DNA of 64,000 nucleotides, taken from positions 1,085-65,084 of IMG/VR virus record IMGVR_UViG_3300008963_000003. One strand, written 5' to 3'. Each line of letters starts with the position of its first letter. Position 1 is the first letter of the stretch. The translations under genes were made by a program, and so were the position numbers. Below the pieces are notes generated by a model. It had not been told where the DNA came from, ran no database searches, and saw only the letters and a list, made by a program, of their open reading frames with translations. This DNA comes from a virus (Duplodnaviria; Caudoviricetes). Below, piece by piece: positions 19,964 to 28,597 of this stretch.

Positions 19964-22528
19964 TTAATCTGTACGGTTTGACGGTCTTACGGTTGGCGAC
20001 GGTCGCGGTCCTGGCCTTGCAGCCTGTCCTGGGCCTTGTACTGTTCCATCGGAATTAAATGTTCCAAAACTGCGATCCGGTGCAGAAACAGTTTCTGGTC
20101 TAGGTCTCGGACGAGGAGATGTTTCGGGTGCATTTGAAGTAACATTATTTGAATTTTCTGTTTCTGTTTCTGAATCTGTTGTTGCACCTTCGTCCTCAAG
20201 TGCTTCTTCAAGTGCTGCATCAATAAGCTGTCCAAACAATTGCCCAATGTCTACACTAGGAGAACTAGAGGCACTGCCTGAATATGGACTATGAGATTGT
20301 TCATCTGGTTGTGCATCAGTTACCTTAGTAGGTTGATCTGGTGTAACATTTCCGTCTTGATTTCTTCTTCGCAATAATTGTAGTGTTTGTGTAAATTTAT
20401 TATCTCTTATTCTGTTTGTAAGCGTAGTTACACGATACAACCCACTAAAAGCATCTACCGGAATTGTATCTTCAGGAAAATGCATTCCTCCTGAATTTTC
20501 GTTGTAATCAACCGGTGTTCGAAAGTTAACTATTACATCTACTTCGCTTCGCTGATATTCCAGTGTACCGTCGACTGTTTGATTTGTATCTAACGTTCTA
20601 GCAGTGTAATTTCCTAGACCGCTGTCAAACATAAAGTATGGATCCCCATGAATTTCCAATTCTAAACTTACTAAATCTACATCACTATTGATTATTGTAT
20701 CATGAAATAGTCTTGCAGTTCTAATTTTATTATTATCAATGCCGGCGCCTCCTCCGCCTTGTGTCGAAGTACTGATATTATCAATTTGTAATACATGTCC
20801 AGTTGAACTTATTGCATTTACTGGTCTTTTGTTTGTTTCTGTTTCAGGGTCTTGTTGTATTAATCTATTTTGACTGCCACCGGATTTATAATCAATGTTG
20901 TTTTGTCCTCTGTCTGGCATAGTAGCTGAAAAGAACGCAGCATTGATGTTTATATCAAAATTAATAATTTCAGTGTTTTCGCCGGTATAGATATAATTGT
21001 ATTCTCTTAGTGCAGCTTTTTTAAGATTATCGTAATTTAATCCAGGATCAGTAGGTTGTTGTAAAGTATTACTATGTACTTTATAGGGTACTACTCTATA
21101 ATGATAAACTTTTGCAGTTTGTCCGTCCTGCAATTCCTGTGCAGGATCCTGTTTTACAAAAGTCTGGCTTTCAATTTTAAACCAATCAATCATGCCGTTT
21201 TCGTCAGGAGATCTTTGTCTTAATTGTTTTGCCCATTCGCTAGTTAGTACAACTTCTTCGATCATTCTTGTAATTTTTGTACCAGACGAAAACTGAAAAC
21301 TTCTATTATTATTACTAACTACATTTTTACCTCTAGTGTAAACTTTATTTCTAGAATCGTATTGCAGCCCACTGTTTCCCATTGGCGAATGACCTGCATC
21401 TGCAAAATTTTCAATGATATTTGCATTTCCTATTTGATTTAAACTGCCAGTATCTTGAGATATTCTACTTAATCCTTCGCCGATACTGCTTTTGCTCATA
21501 ATTAATCCAGTTATACTGCTAAGGAATGCTTCAAAATTTTGTGGTGCTTGTGCACCTAAAAACCCTGATATGCTTTGATAGATTTGATTTATATCTCCAC
21601 TTTGAAAACTGGTTAACAAATTATTAACACTGGATTCTAATGTTCCATTAATTGCATTAGAGACCACGCCGCCGACTATTCCTTTGGCTACATTTCCTAA
21701 AATGTTATTCACTCCGCTGCGCTGTGTGCCAGAAACTGTGGTTGCTCCAGTGTCGTTATCTATATTTTGTACTGAATTTTGAACTGCTGTGGAAATTTCT
21801 TGTGGAAATGTAATTACAATTTCATCCGATGACTGCAATTTGTTTTCATTGCGTAATTCTTCATATCTGCCGTTAATCACCGTGGTTAAACTGTTTTCAC
21901 CGTTTTGCAATATTTCCGATACAGTTGATCCTGATATATTAATATCAGTTTTAGACATTTCAACTTGATCAATGTTAGCTTGTTCATTCCACGGAATTGC
22001 TTGTATTTCGTATGTAGTACCGTTGTTACCAATATCAAACTCAATATTAGTAAATTTTAATGGAATCATTCTTTTGTAATTTTGTTCTTCTATACTTATA
22101 GATTGACCGTTGTCATCCCAGCCTATAAATTCTACTGTTAACAAAAATGGTGCTTGAATATAATTAGTATATCCTGCCTGTGTTGCTGCAATATGCAAAG
22201 TTTGTAAAAATAAACCCATGCTATACGGTTCTTGCACTGTAAGATTTATGCTAGTTGCGTTGGTTAATCTAGTTTTACCTGTTGGAGCAATAATAGCATC
22301 AATTTCTACATTGTTTATAAAATACTCTAACTTTGCACCTATTGCATCCTCATAAACGGTGGTTACTTTGTTTTCTGCGCCGCCGCCGCTACGTAATATC
22401 GTCAAAGCAGGAGCAGTAACCCGATATGTTTCATCAGGAAGATTTATCTCTTCAGCAGTAAGAACGCTAAGAGTAAAAATTGTATTATAACTGCTGTATC
22501 TTCTTAATGGATTTGGTTGTATTGCCAT
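19964..22528 (-). CDS. Baseplate hub protein gp27-like
   Basis: Position between gp53 and gp5. C-terminal LEIHGDPY...FSGLYRVTTLTNRIRDNKFTQTLQLLR is typical of hub proteins. Confidence 0.65.
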   Translation of the reverse strand: MAIQPNPLRRYSSYNTIFTLSVLTAEEINLPDETYRVTAPALTILRSGGGAENKVTTVYEDAIGAKLEYFINNVEIDAIIAPTGKTRLTNATSINLTVQEPYSMGLFLQTLHIAATQAGYTNYIQAPFLLTVEFIGWDDNGQSISIEEQNYKRMIPLKFTNIEFDIGNNGTTYEIQAIPWNEQANIDQVEMSKTDINISGSTVSEILQNGENSLTTVINGRYEELRNENKLQSSDEIVITFPQEISTAVQNSVQNIDNDTGATTVSGTQRSGVNNILGNVAKGIVGGVVSNAINGTLESSVNNLLTSFQSGDINQIYQSISGFLGAQAPQNFEAFLSSITGLIMSKSSIGEGLSRISQDTGSLNQIGNANIIENFADAGHSPMGNSGLQYDSRNKVYTRGKNVVSNNNRSFQFSSGTKITRMIEEVVLTSEWAKQLRQRSPDENGMIDWFKIESQTFVKQDPAQELQDGQTAKVYHYRVVPYKVHSNTLQQPTDPGLNYDNLKKAALREYNYIYTGENTEIINFDININAAFFSATMPDRGQNNIDYKSGGSQNRLIQQDPETETNKRPVNAISSTGHVLQIDNISTSTQGGGGAGIDNNKIRTARLFHDTIINSDVDLVSLELEIHGDPYFMFDSGLGNYTARTLDTNQTVDGTLEYQRSEVDVIVNFRTPVDYNENSGGMHFPEDTIPVDAFSGLYRVTTLTNRIRDNKFTQTLQLLRRRNQDGNVTPDQPTKVTDAQPDEQSHSPYSGSASSSPSVDIGQLFGQLIDAALEEALEDEGATTDSETETENSNNVTSNAPETSPRPRPRPETVSAPDRSFGTFNSDGTVQGPGQAARPGPRPSPTVRPSNRTD

Positions 22529-22833
22529 TATAGTCCTAACACGGCTTTAAGTGAACTGCTTTTAGGAAGATAAATTTGTGTTCCGGCTTCAATATCATAA
22601 ACAGGATCCTGTATTACATCTAAATTTCTCTGTGCAAATACCCACCAAAGGTTTCTACTGCCATAAAGAGTATATGATAGCAAATCTGGACGGTGTTGAA
22701 ATTGCGGTTCAATAGTATATAAAACATCATCATCCTCTGCTGGCACTGGTCTAATTTTTAAAAACCCTAGCTCGCCACTTTCAGTAACTATAGTGTTAAA
22801 ATACGGACTGCTTTTAGTATATGTTGCCATCAT
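22528..22833 (-). CDS. gp53: Baseplate wedge gp53/LysM-like protein
   Basis: YTIEPQFQHRPDLLSYTLYGSRNLWWVFAQRN...GTQIYLP. Confidence 0.8.
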   Translation of the reverse strand: MMATYTKSSPYFNTIVTESGELGFLKIRPVPAEDDDVLYTIEPQFQHRPDLLSYTLYGSRNLWWVFAQRNLDVIQDPVYDIEAGTQIYLPKSSSLKAVLGL

Positions 22834-23642
22834 AAGAATCCTTTATCAAGTAAATCGCCATTAACAAACTTGTCTAAACTGAAACTTTCGACTTTTGCTC
22901 TACTGTATGTTGGTTGTACAGTAATTGTTAGAGTGCTGTTTGTAGGCACCCAGGTATATCTTTCTATTTGAGAAGCTGTACCTGCAACTACTGGAGACCT
23001 AATATAATCTACAGTATTTTCTAAATTGACTGTAAAATTTGTAATCACAACAGGAATGTTATTCAATACAAAATCGCCGTAACCATTAAGTTTGCATAAG
23101 GGCGGCGGTGCACCTTTGTTGCTAGTTTCACCATAAAACATTTTAGTGGCACTTCTAAAAAAATGATTTGCAGCTATCCAATACCGGCCTTCGTCTTCAT
23201 TTTGTACTGGAAATTCACCAGCTATAGTAATTGCATCAATATTACTGTTTTGATAAACAGGAAAAGGATAATTATTATGAATAGGTTCCATTAAATCATA
23301 CGATGCATTGTGACTTAATGTTATAGCAGGAGTTATAGGAAAAACCACTGAGTTATCGGTTTGTGCTAATGGTTGTAGTAACGGACTGGTTTTAAAAGTT
23401 CCTACATCAGGTAAATTAATTTTTACTCGCCAGTCTTCGCCTACTGCACTGTTACTAGGAACAAACCGTGCAGCCGTTGATACTCTGCTAGCAGGTTCTG
23501 CACCTACTGGAAACGAATTTGTTTGTAAACGCTGTTTTAGAAAAGTTCTTGGATTACTATAGTCAGTTATGCTAGATTTTTGACTATATAAAAACTCAGA
23601 ACCCTGCTGATTTGGCACATTTGATTGTGGATTGTTAACCAT
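22830..23642 (-). CDS. Tail tube initiator/baseplate tube protein (gp48/gp54-like)
   Basis: VVFPITPAI...GAPPPLCKLNGYG...IPVVITNFTV..P is a tube-like fold pattern. First gene of the baseplate operon. Confidence 0.65.
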   Translation of the reverse strand: MVNNPQSNVPNQQGSEFLYSQKSSITDYSNPRTFLKQRLQTNSFPVGAEPASRVSTAARFVPSNSAVGEDWRVKINLPDVGTFKTSPLLQPLAQTDNSVVFPITPAITLSHNASYDLMEPIHNNYPFPVYQNSNIDAITIAGEFPVQNEDEGRYWIAANHFFRSATKMFYGETSNKGAPPPLCKLNGYGDFVLNNIPVVITNFTVNLENTVDYIRSPVVAGTASQIERYTWVPTNSTLTITVQPTYSRAKVESFSLDKFVNGDLLDKGFL

Positions 23643-23659
23643 TTAAATACTCCTATAGA

Positions 23660-23667
23660 TATTTAGT
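23660..23667 (-). promoter_or_regulatory. T4-type late promoter variant (ACTAAATA) for the baseplate operon
   Basis: TAAATA core 18 nt upstream of the ATG at 23642. The same core precedes most structural genes here. Confidence 0.6.
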
Positions 23668-23695
23668 TGACAAAATTATCTATGTGTATTATTAT
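23667..23695 (+). promoter_or_regulatory. sigma70-type promoter of gp55
   Basis: TTGACA (23667-72), 17-nt spacer, TATTAT (23690-95). Confidence 0.75.
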
Positions 23696-23712
23696 AAATT
23701 AAAAGGATAATC

Positions 23713-24540
23713 ATGGCAAGACGAGTAAATTATTTAAACAACAAAGACATGTTAAAGGAAATACACAAGTCTAAAAACACATTTTGTAGTTATATTGATC
23801 CAGAATATGCAAATTTCGACATCATTTTACCAAGTTTGGATAAAATCAATATACGAACCATAGCCGAAGCTAAAAGAAATAAAGCAAAAAAACTATCAAC
23901 TGAACAATACGAAAGAAGAAAAGCAGCTGGCGAAAAAGTTAAACAGGCAGATTGCGATATTGATTATAAAACTATCGAAAAATCTGAATTAATTTTTCGA
24001 ATTATGACATTTGATCATATACCCGACGAAGAAGGTCGTAAAAAAAATCCTAAAACCATTGCCGATACCAAAACAAAACTGAATTTTCCACCATTTCAGC
24101 ATTATAAATTTGATGAAAATGACGAACTAAAATGCGTAGGCAAAAGTCATTGGTGCGGAGGATTAGAAAATGGCTATTTTTCAAAAGATCACGGAAGAGC
24201 CACCGATGAATTAGCAAAAATGTGGATGAAATTGGTTGACAGATACGCTACTCGAGGAAATGTAAGAGGATATACTTATAATGACGAAATGAAAGGTCAG
24301 GCTATATTGCAACTTTCACAAATCGGACTGCAATTTGACGAATCAAAGTCAAATAACCCTTTTGCATACTATACAGCAGCAGTAACCAATAGCTTTGTAA
24401 GAGTTATTAATCTTGAAAAAAGAGCACAAAATATCAGAGACGACGTCCTTGAAATGAATAATCTTAATCCTAGTTATACTAGACAGCACGCAGGCGAATG
24501 GGAAGCATCATTGCGAAGACATGAAGATAATAACAAATAA
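23713..24540 (+). CDS. gp55: Late-transcription sigma factor gp55-like
   Basis: NYLNNKDML and RGYTYNDEMKGQAI...FDESKSNNPFAYYT. Upstream of gp47/gp46 as in T4-like phages. Confidence 0.88.
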   Translation: MARRVNYLNNKDMLKEIHKSKNTFCSYIDPEYANFDIILPSLDKINIRTIAEAKRNKAKKLSTEQYERRKAAGEKVKQADCDIDYKTIEKSELIFRIMTFDHIPDEEGRKKNPKTIADTKTKLNFPPFQHYKFDENDELKCVGKSHWCGGLENGYFSKDHGRATDELAKMWMKLVDRYATRGNVRGYTYNDEMKGQAILQLSQIGLQFDESKSNNPFAYYTAAVTNSFVRVINLEKRAQNIRDDVLEMNNLNPSYTRQHAGEWEASLRRHEDNNK

Positions 24541-24544
24541 ATCA

Positions 24545-24573
24545 TTGACTTTGTTAGCATTTTTTGTTATTTT
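24545..24573 (+). promoter_or_regulatory. sigma70-type promoter of gp47-gp46
   Basis: TTGACT, 17-nt spacer, TGn-TATTTT. Confidence 0.55.
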
Positions 24574-24594
24574 AATATTATATGAGGTATAAAA

Positions 24595-25608
24595 TTGTTT
24601 AAAAAAGCAGCAGTATTTACTGACTTACATCTAGGCTTAAAAGGCAACAGCAGAATACATAATCAAGATTGCGAAGATTTTGTTGACTGGTATATTAAAA
24701 CTGCCAAAGAAAACAATTGCGAAACTGGTATTTTTTGCGGTGATTGGAATCACAATCGCAACAGTCTTAACCTTACAACAATGGATACTGGTATTAGGTT
24801 ACTAGAAAAATTAGGTTCTGCATTTGAAAAATTTTATCTTTTTGCCGGCAATCACGATTTATATTACAAAGACAAACGTGATATTAAATCCACTGAGTTT
24901 GCAAGACATATTCCTGGCATAACCGTAGTTGATGAAATTTATCAAGAAGGCGATGTTGCACTAGTGCCATGGTTAGTAGGTGATGAATGGAAAAAAGTAG
25001 CGAATCTTAAAGAAAAATATGTATTTGGTCACTTTGAATTGCCCAGCTTTTACATGAATGCTATGGTTAAAATGCCAGATAACAGCGAGCTTAAGTCAGA
25101 ACATTTTAAAAATCAAGAATATGTGTTTTCGGGACATTTTCACAAACGTCAAAATCAAGGCAAAATACACTATATCGGAAACGCTTTTCCTCATAACTAT
25201 GCTGATACCTGGGACGACGAAAGAGGAATGATGATACTAGACCTCGAAAACAGTTCTAGCCCTGAATATGTTAATTGGTCAGATTGTCCAAAGTATAGAA
25301 CTATTAAACTTTCTCAGCTAATCGACGAAAAAGATCAATTAATAAAAAATAAAATGTATCTTAGAGTTACATTAGACATTGATGTAAGTTTTGAAGAAGC
25401 TAGTATGATCAAAGAAACTTTTATAGAAACCTATAAGTGCAGAGAAATTACATTGATTCCACAAAAACACATCGAAGAAGTAAACACAGATTTAGATATT
25501 ACTCAATTTGAAAGTGTTGATCAAATTGTTAGCAACGAAATACTTGCAATCGAAAGTGACAGTTTTGACAAATCTACACTTCTTAACATTTATAATGGAT
25601 TACAATGA
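24595..25608 (+). CDS. gp47: Recombination nuclease subunit (Mre11/SbcD-like)
   Basis: Metallophosphoesterase motifs DLH, GDWNH, GNHD, GHFH. TTG start with GAGG SD. Confidence 0.92.
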   Translation: MFKKAAVFTDLHLGLKGNSRIHNQDCEDFVDWYIKTAKENNCETGIFCGDWNHNRNSLNLTTMDTGIRLLEKLGSAFEKFYLFAGNHDLYYKDKRDIKSTEFARHIPGITVVDEIYQEGDVALVPWLVGDEWKKVANLKEKYVFGHFELPSFYMNAMVKMPDNSELKSEHFKNQEYVFSGHFHKRQNQGKIHYIGNAFPHNYADTWDDERGMMILDLENSSSPEYVNWSDCPKYRTIKLSQLIDEKDQLIKNKMYLRVTLDIDVSFEEASMIKETFIETYKCREITLIPQKHIEEVNTDLDITQFESVDQIVSNEILAIESDSFDKSTLLNIYNGLQ

Positions 25609-27383
25609 TTAAAATACAAGATCTTACAGTAAAAAATTTCATGAGTGTCGGCAATGTTACACAAGCTGTAAACTTTAACGACGAAAACTTAACTCTAGTG
25701 CTTGGAGAAAATCTTGACCAAGGCGGAGACGACAGCGGTTCACGCAACGGAACAGGAAAAACTACGATTATTAATGCTCTTAGTTATGCATTGTATGGAC
25801 AGGCATTAACTAATATCAAACGTAATAATCTTATTAACAAAACCAACAGCAAAGGCATGTTGGTGACATTAAATTTCGAAAAAGATGGAAATAAGTTTCG
25901 TATTGAGCGCGGAAGATCCCCTAATGTATTAAAATTTTACATCAATGGTCAAGAACAAAGCGACGAACTTAACAATGAAAGTCAAGGTGATAGCAGAAAA
26001 ACTCAAGAAGACATACAAAATCTGCTAGGTATGAGTCATAATATGTTTAAACATATCTTAGCATTGAACACTTACACTGAACCATTCTTGAGTATGAGAG
26101 CAAATGATCAAAGAGAAGTAATTGAACAACTACTTGGTATAACTATACTTACAGAAAAAGCTACTTTACTTAAAGAAAAAATTAAAGAAACTAAAGAAAG
26201 TCTAACTGAGGAAAATCTCAGAATCAGTGCTATTGACGAAAGCAACAAAAAAATCAATGAGAGTATAGAAAACTTAAAAAGTAGACAGCGTGCATGGGCA
26301 GCAAAAAAAGCCAAAGATCATGAAAATCTTCTTGCTGCTATTGATGAATTAGAAAAATTAGATATTAACAAAGAACTTGAAGCACACGAGACACTGCAAA
26401 ATTGGCACGAAATGAACAATCAAATTCAATCTTTGACTAAAGAAAAGTCAACTTTAGAAAGTGCATTGATAAGAGCAGATAAATCGGTTGAAAAATCTAA
26501 AAAAGACATTGAAGATCTTGACGATGCAGTGTGTTATGCCTGCGGTCAAGAACTACATGAAGACAAAAAAATAGAAATTGTAACAAAAAAGACACAAGAG
26601 TACAAAGAAGCTGTTGAATATCAAAACGATCTTGCTCAAAAACTAGAAAAAGTTATATCTCAGCTTAATGAAATCGGTGATATTGATGGCAAGCCTAACA
26701 CATTTTACGAATCAGCTAAAGAAGCATACGAACACCGAAGCAATGTAGAAAATCTTAAAAGTGCGCTAAAAAATAGCAACGAGGAAGACGATCCTTATCA
26801 AATACAAATTAACGAACTGAATCAAACCGCTATTCAGGAAATAGATTGGACAACAATCAACGAACTGACCAACGAAAAAGAACATCAAGAGTTTCTGCTC
26901 AAGTTATTAACCAATAAAGATAGCTTTGTCCGCAAAAAAATCATTGACCAGAATCTTGCATATTTGAATAATCGATTAACAACTTATTTAGATTATCTTG
27001 GATTACCTCATCAAGTTACATTTCAAAACGATCTTTCGGTTGAAATTACACAATTAGGACAAGATTTAGACTTTGATAATCTCAGTAGAGGTGAAAGAAA
27101 TAGACTTATATTAGGAATGAGCTTTGCATTCAGAGATGTTTGGGAAAATCTCTACCAATCTATTAATTTACTGTTTGTAGACGAGTTAATTGATAGTGGT
27201 ATGGATACTTCGGGCGTCGAAAATGCAATTGGAGTATTAAAAACAATGACTAGAGAAAGAAACAAAAACGTTTTCCTTATCAGTCACAAAGACGAATTAA
27301 TAGGCAGAGTAAATCATGTATTAAAAGTTGTTAAGGAAAATGGCTTTACTACTTACTCAAATGATGTTGACATAGTAGAATAA
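25605..27383 (+). CDS. gp46: Recombination ATPase subunit (Rad50/SbcC-like)
   Basis: Walker A NGTGKTT, coiled coils, CYAC zinc hook, LSRGE signature, LFVDE Walker B, ISH. Confidence 0.93.
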   Translation: MIKIQDLTVKNFMSVGNVTQAVNFNDENLTLVLGENLDQGGDDSGSRNGTGKTTIINALSYALYGQALTNIKRNNLINKTNSKGMLVTLNFEKDGNKFRIERGRSPNVLKFYINGQEQSDELNNESQGDSRKTQEDIQNLLGMSHNMFKHILALNTYTEPFLSMRANDQREVIEQLLGITILTEKATLLKEKIKETKESLTEENLRISAIDESNKKINESIENLKSRQRAWAAKKAKDHENLLAAIDELEKLDINKELEAHETLQNWHEMNNQIQSLTKEKSTLESALIRADKSVEKSKKDIEDLDDAVCYACGQELHEDKKIEIVTKKTQEYKEAVEYQNDLAQKLEKVISQLNEIGDIDGKPNTFYESAKEAYEHRSNVENLKSALKNSNEEDDPYQIQINELNQTAIQEIDWTTINELTNEKEHQEFLLKLLTNKDSFVRKKIIDQNLAYLNNRLTTYLDYLGLPHQVTFQNDLSVEITQLGQDLDFDNLSRGERNRLILGMSFAFRDVWENLYQSINLLFVDELIDSGMDTSGVENAIGVLKTMTRERNKNVFLISHKDELIGRVNHVLKVVKENGFTTYSNDVDIVE

Positions 27384-27637
27384 TGGACGATACACAGGAT
27401 AAATTAGCACAAACCTATCTCAATTACTTTGATGCAAACGAAAAGTTTGAGAAAAGACCCAGTGAACGAACTAAACGCACTGCCAGAAGAGAATTGCGTA
27501 AGCTTATAGCACTGGCAAAACAAAGACAAAGTGAGATTCAGGAAAAATATGATGTTGTTTTAGAAGAATTAAGAGCAAACAACAAGTGGCAATGCAACAA
27601 AAGACCACAAAATTCAAAAAAGGCAAAGGACGATTAA
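27383..27637 (+). CDS. Small basic helical protein, possibly Hc1/histone-like DNA-binding
   Basis: YFDANEKFE...RTARRELRKLIALAKQRQSEIQ resembles phage Hc1-like proteins. Coupled to gp46. Confidence 0.45.
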   Translation: MDDTQDKLAQTYLNYFDANEKFEKRPSERTKRTARRELRKLIALAKQRQSEIQEKYDVVLEELRANNKWQCNKRPQNSKKAKDD

Positions 27638-27656
27638 TTGATTTTATACATAGTGT

Positions 27657-28091
27657 ATGAGTTGGACGTATCAAGGTCAAAAAATTGACAGTATTCCAGA
27701 AGAATACGAAGGATTTGTATACTTGATAACAAACCTTTCTGATAATCGCAAGTACATAGGCAAAAAATTAGCAAAATTTAAAACTTCTAAACCACCACTT
27801 AAAGGCAAAAAGAATAGAAGAAAAGGCAAAAAAGAATCTGATTGGCGCGATTATTGGGGTTCATCTGAACAACTTAATCGAGATGTTGAAAAACTAGGCG
27901 AAAAAAATTTTACTAGAGAAATACTTTATTTTTGTACATCTAGAGCAGAAATGAGTTATTTAGAAGCCAAAGAACAGTTCGACAGGCGTGTTTTAGAATC
28001 AGATGAATACTACAACGGCATTATTAACGTAAGAGTAGGCAAATCAAAGACTCTTGTAGAGGCACTTCAAAACAGAAACAAGGCTATATAA
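27657..28091 (+). CDS. GIY-YIG family endonuclease (EndoII/Seg-like, stand-alone domain)
   Basis: GFVYLITN...RKYIGKK, YWGSS, FTREIL, LEA, YYN. Confidence 0.85.
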   Translation: MSWTYQGQKIDSIPEEYEGFVYLITNLSDNRKYIGKKLAKFKTSKPPLKGKKNRRKGKKESDWRDYWGSSEQLNRDVEKLGEKNFTREILYFCTSRAEMSYLEAKEQFDRRVLESDEYYNGIINVRVGKSKTLVEALQNRNKAI

Positions 28092-28092
28092 C

Positions 28093-28563
28093 GGACAATA
28101 TTGACTCCATGTCCTTCAAAATCCAGCCGAGGTAATGCTCGTAGCCGGTGGTGTGAAGAGTCCGCGTGAAGAAGTATACGATAGGCTTTAAAAGATTGTG
28201 GCTCTGAGAAAAAGCAACCACAAAGGTAACTGTTTTCGCTTGGTAGGGAACGTGTGCCTTCCGTTGATATGACGAAGCTTGAGTAGGGGGATACCGGTCA
28301 ACCGCCTCCGACAAAATGTTTTTTACATATGCATTTTGAATCTCATTTACCAAGTGTGCGAAAGCAACTCGAATGATGTTCTTTTGTCACTTCGCCCGGC
28401 AACGGGCGAAGTATGACTACACAATCTGAATGATATTATACACATATGATACTGCTTCGCAGTACCATATGCTTTTATACGTTGAATACGTTGTCTTTCT
28501 TCATCAAAATAAAATAATGTGATTGAGCGACAGCGACAATCACAAGTGAGCTTTAGCTCACTT
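28093..28563 (+). ncRNA. Candidate large structured non-coding RNA (or hairpin-rich origin), unassigned
   Basis: About 10 hairpins, GNRA tetraloops on the + strand (GCAA 28399-402, GAAA 28360-63) and long-range pairing 28238-45 with 28348-55. Locally GC-richer than the flanks, with no credible ORF. Confidence 0.65.
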
Positions 28564-28565
28564 CA

Positions 28566-28573
28566 TATAAATA
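28566..28573 (+). promoter_or_regulatory. T4 late promoter TATAAATA
   Basis: Exact consensus ending 25 nt before ATG 28598. Confidence 0.8.
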
Positions 28574-28597
28574 ACTTACATTGCTGGAAACATTCTG

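Noticed and set aside
27657-28091. Mobile homing endonuclease or intron ORF
   Set aside because: Only the catalytic domain is present (no NUMOD/HTH tail) and no interrupted host gene; it looks like a resident gene.
28084-28353. 89-aa minus-strand ORF
   Set aside because: No SD or recognisable motif; it overlaps the structured element and is convergent into the nuclease stop.
28371-28434. Box C/D-like (ATGATG...CTGA) or TIGR-like unit
   Set aside because: Single imperfect occurrence, no tandem array and no Nop-domain protein nearby.
28093-28563. tmRNA, RNase P RNA, group I/II intron, tRNA or CRISPR array
   Set aside because: No tRNA-like ends or T-loop, no convincing P4 strands, no P7 or domain V core, flanking genes are not split, and there is no repeat-spacer periodicity. 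An Rfam scan is still needed.
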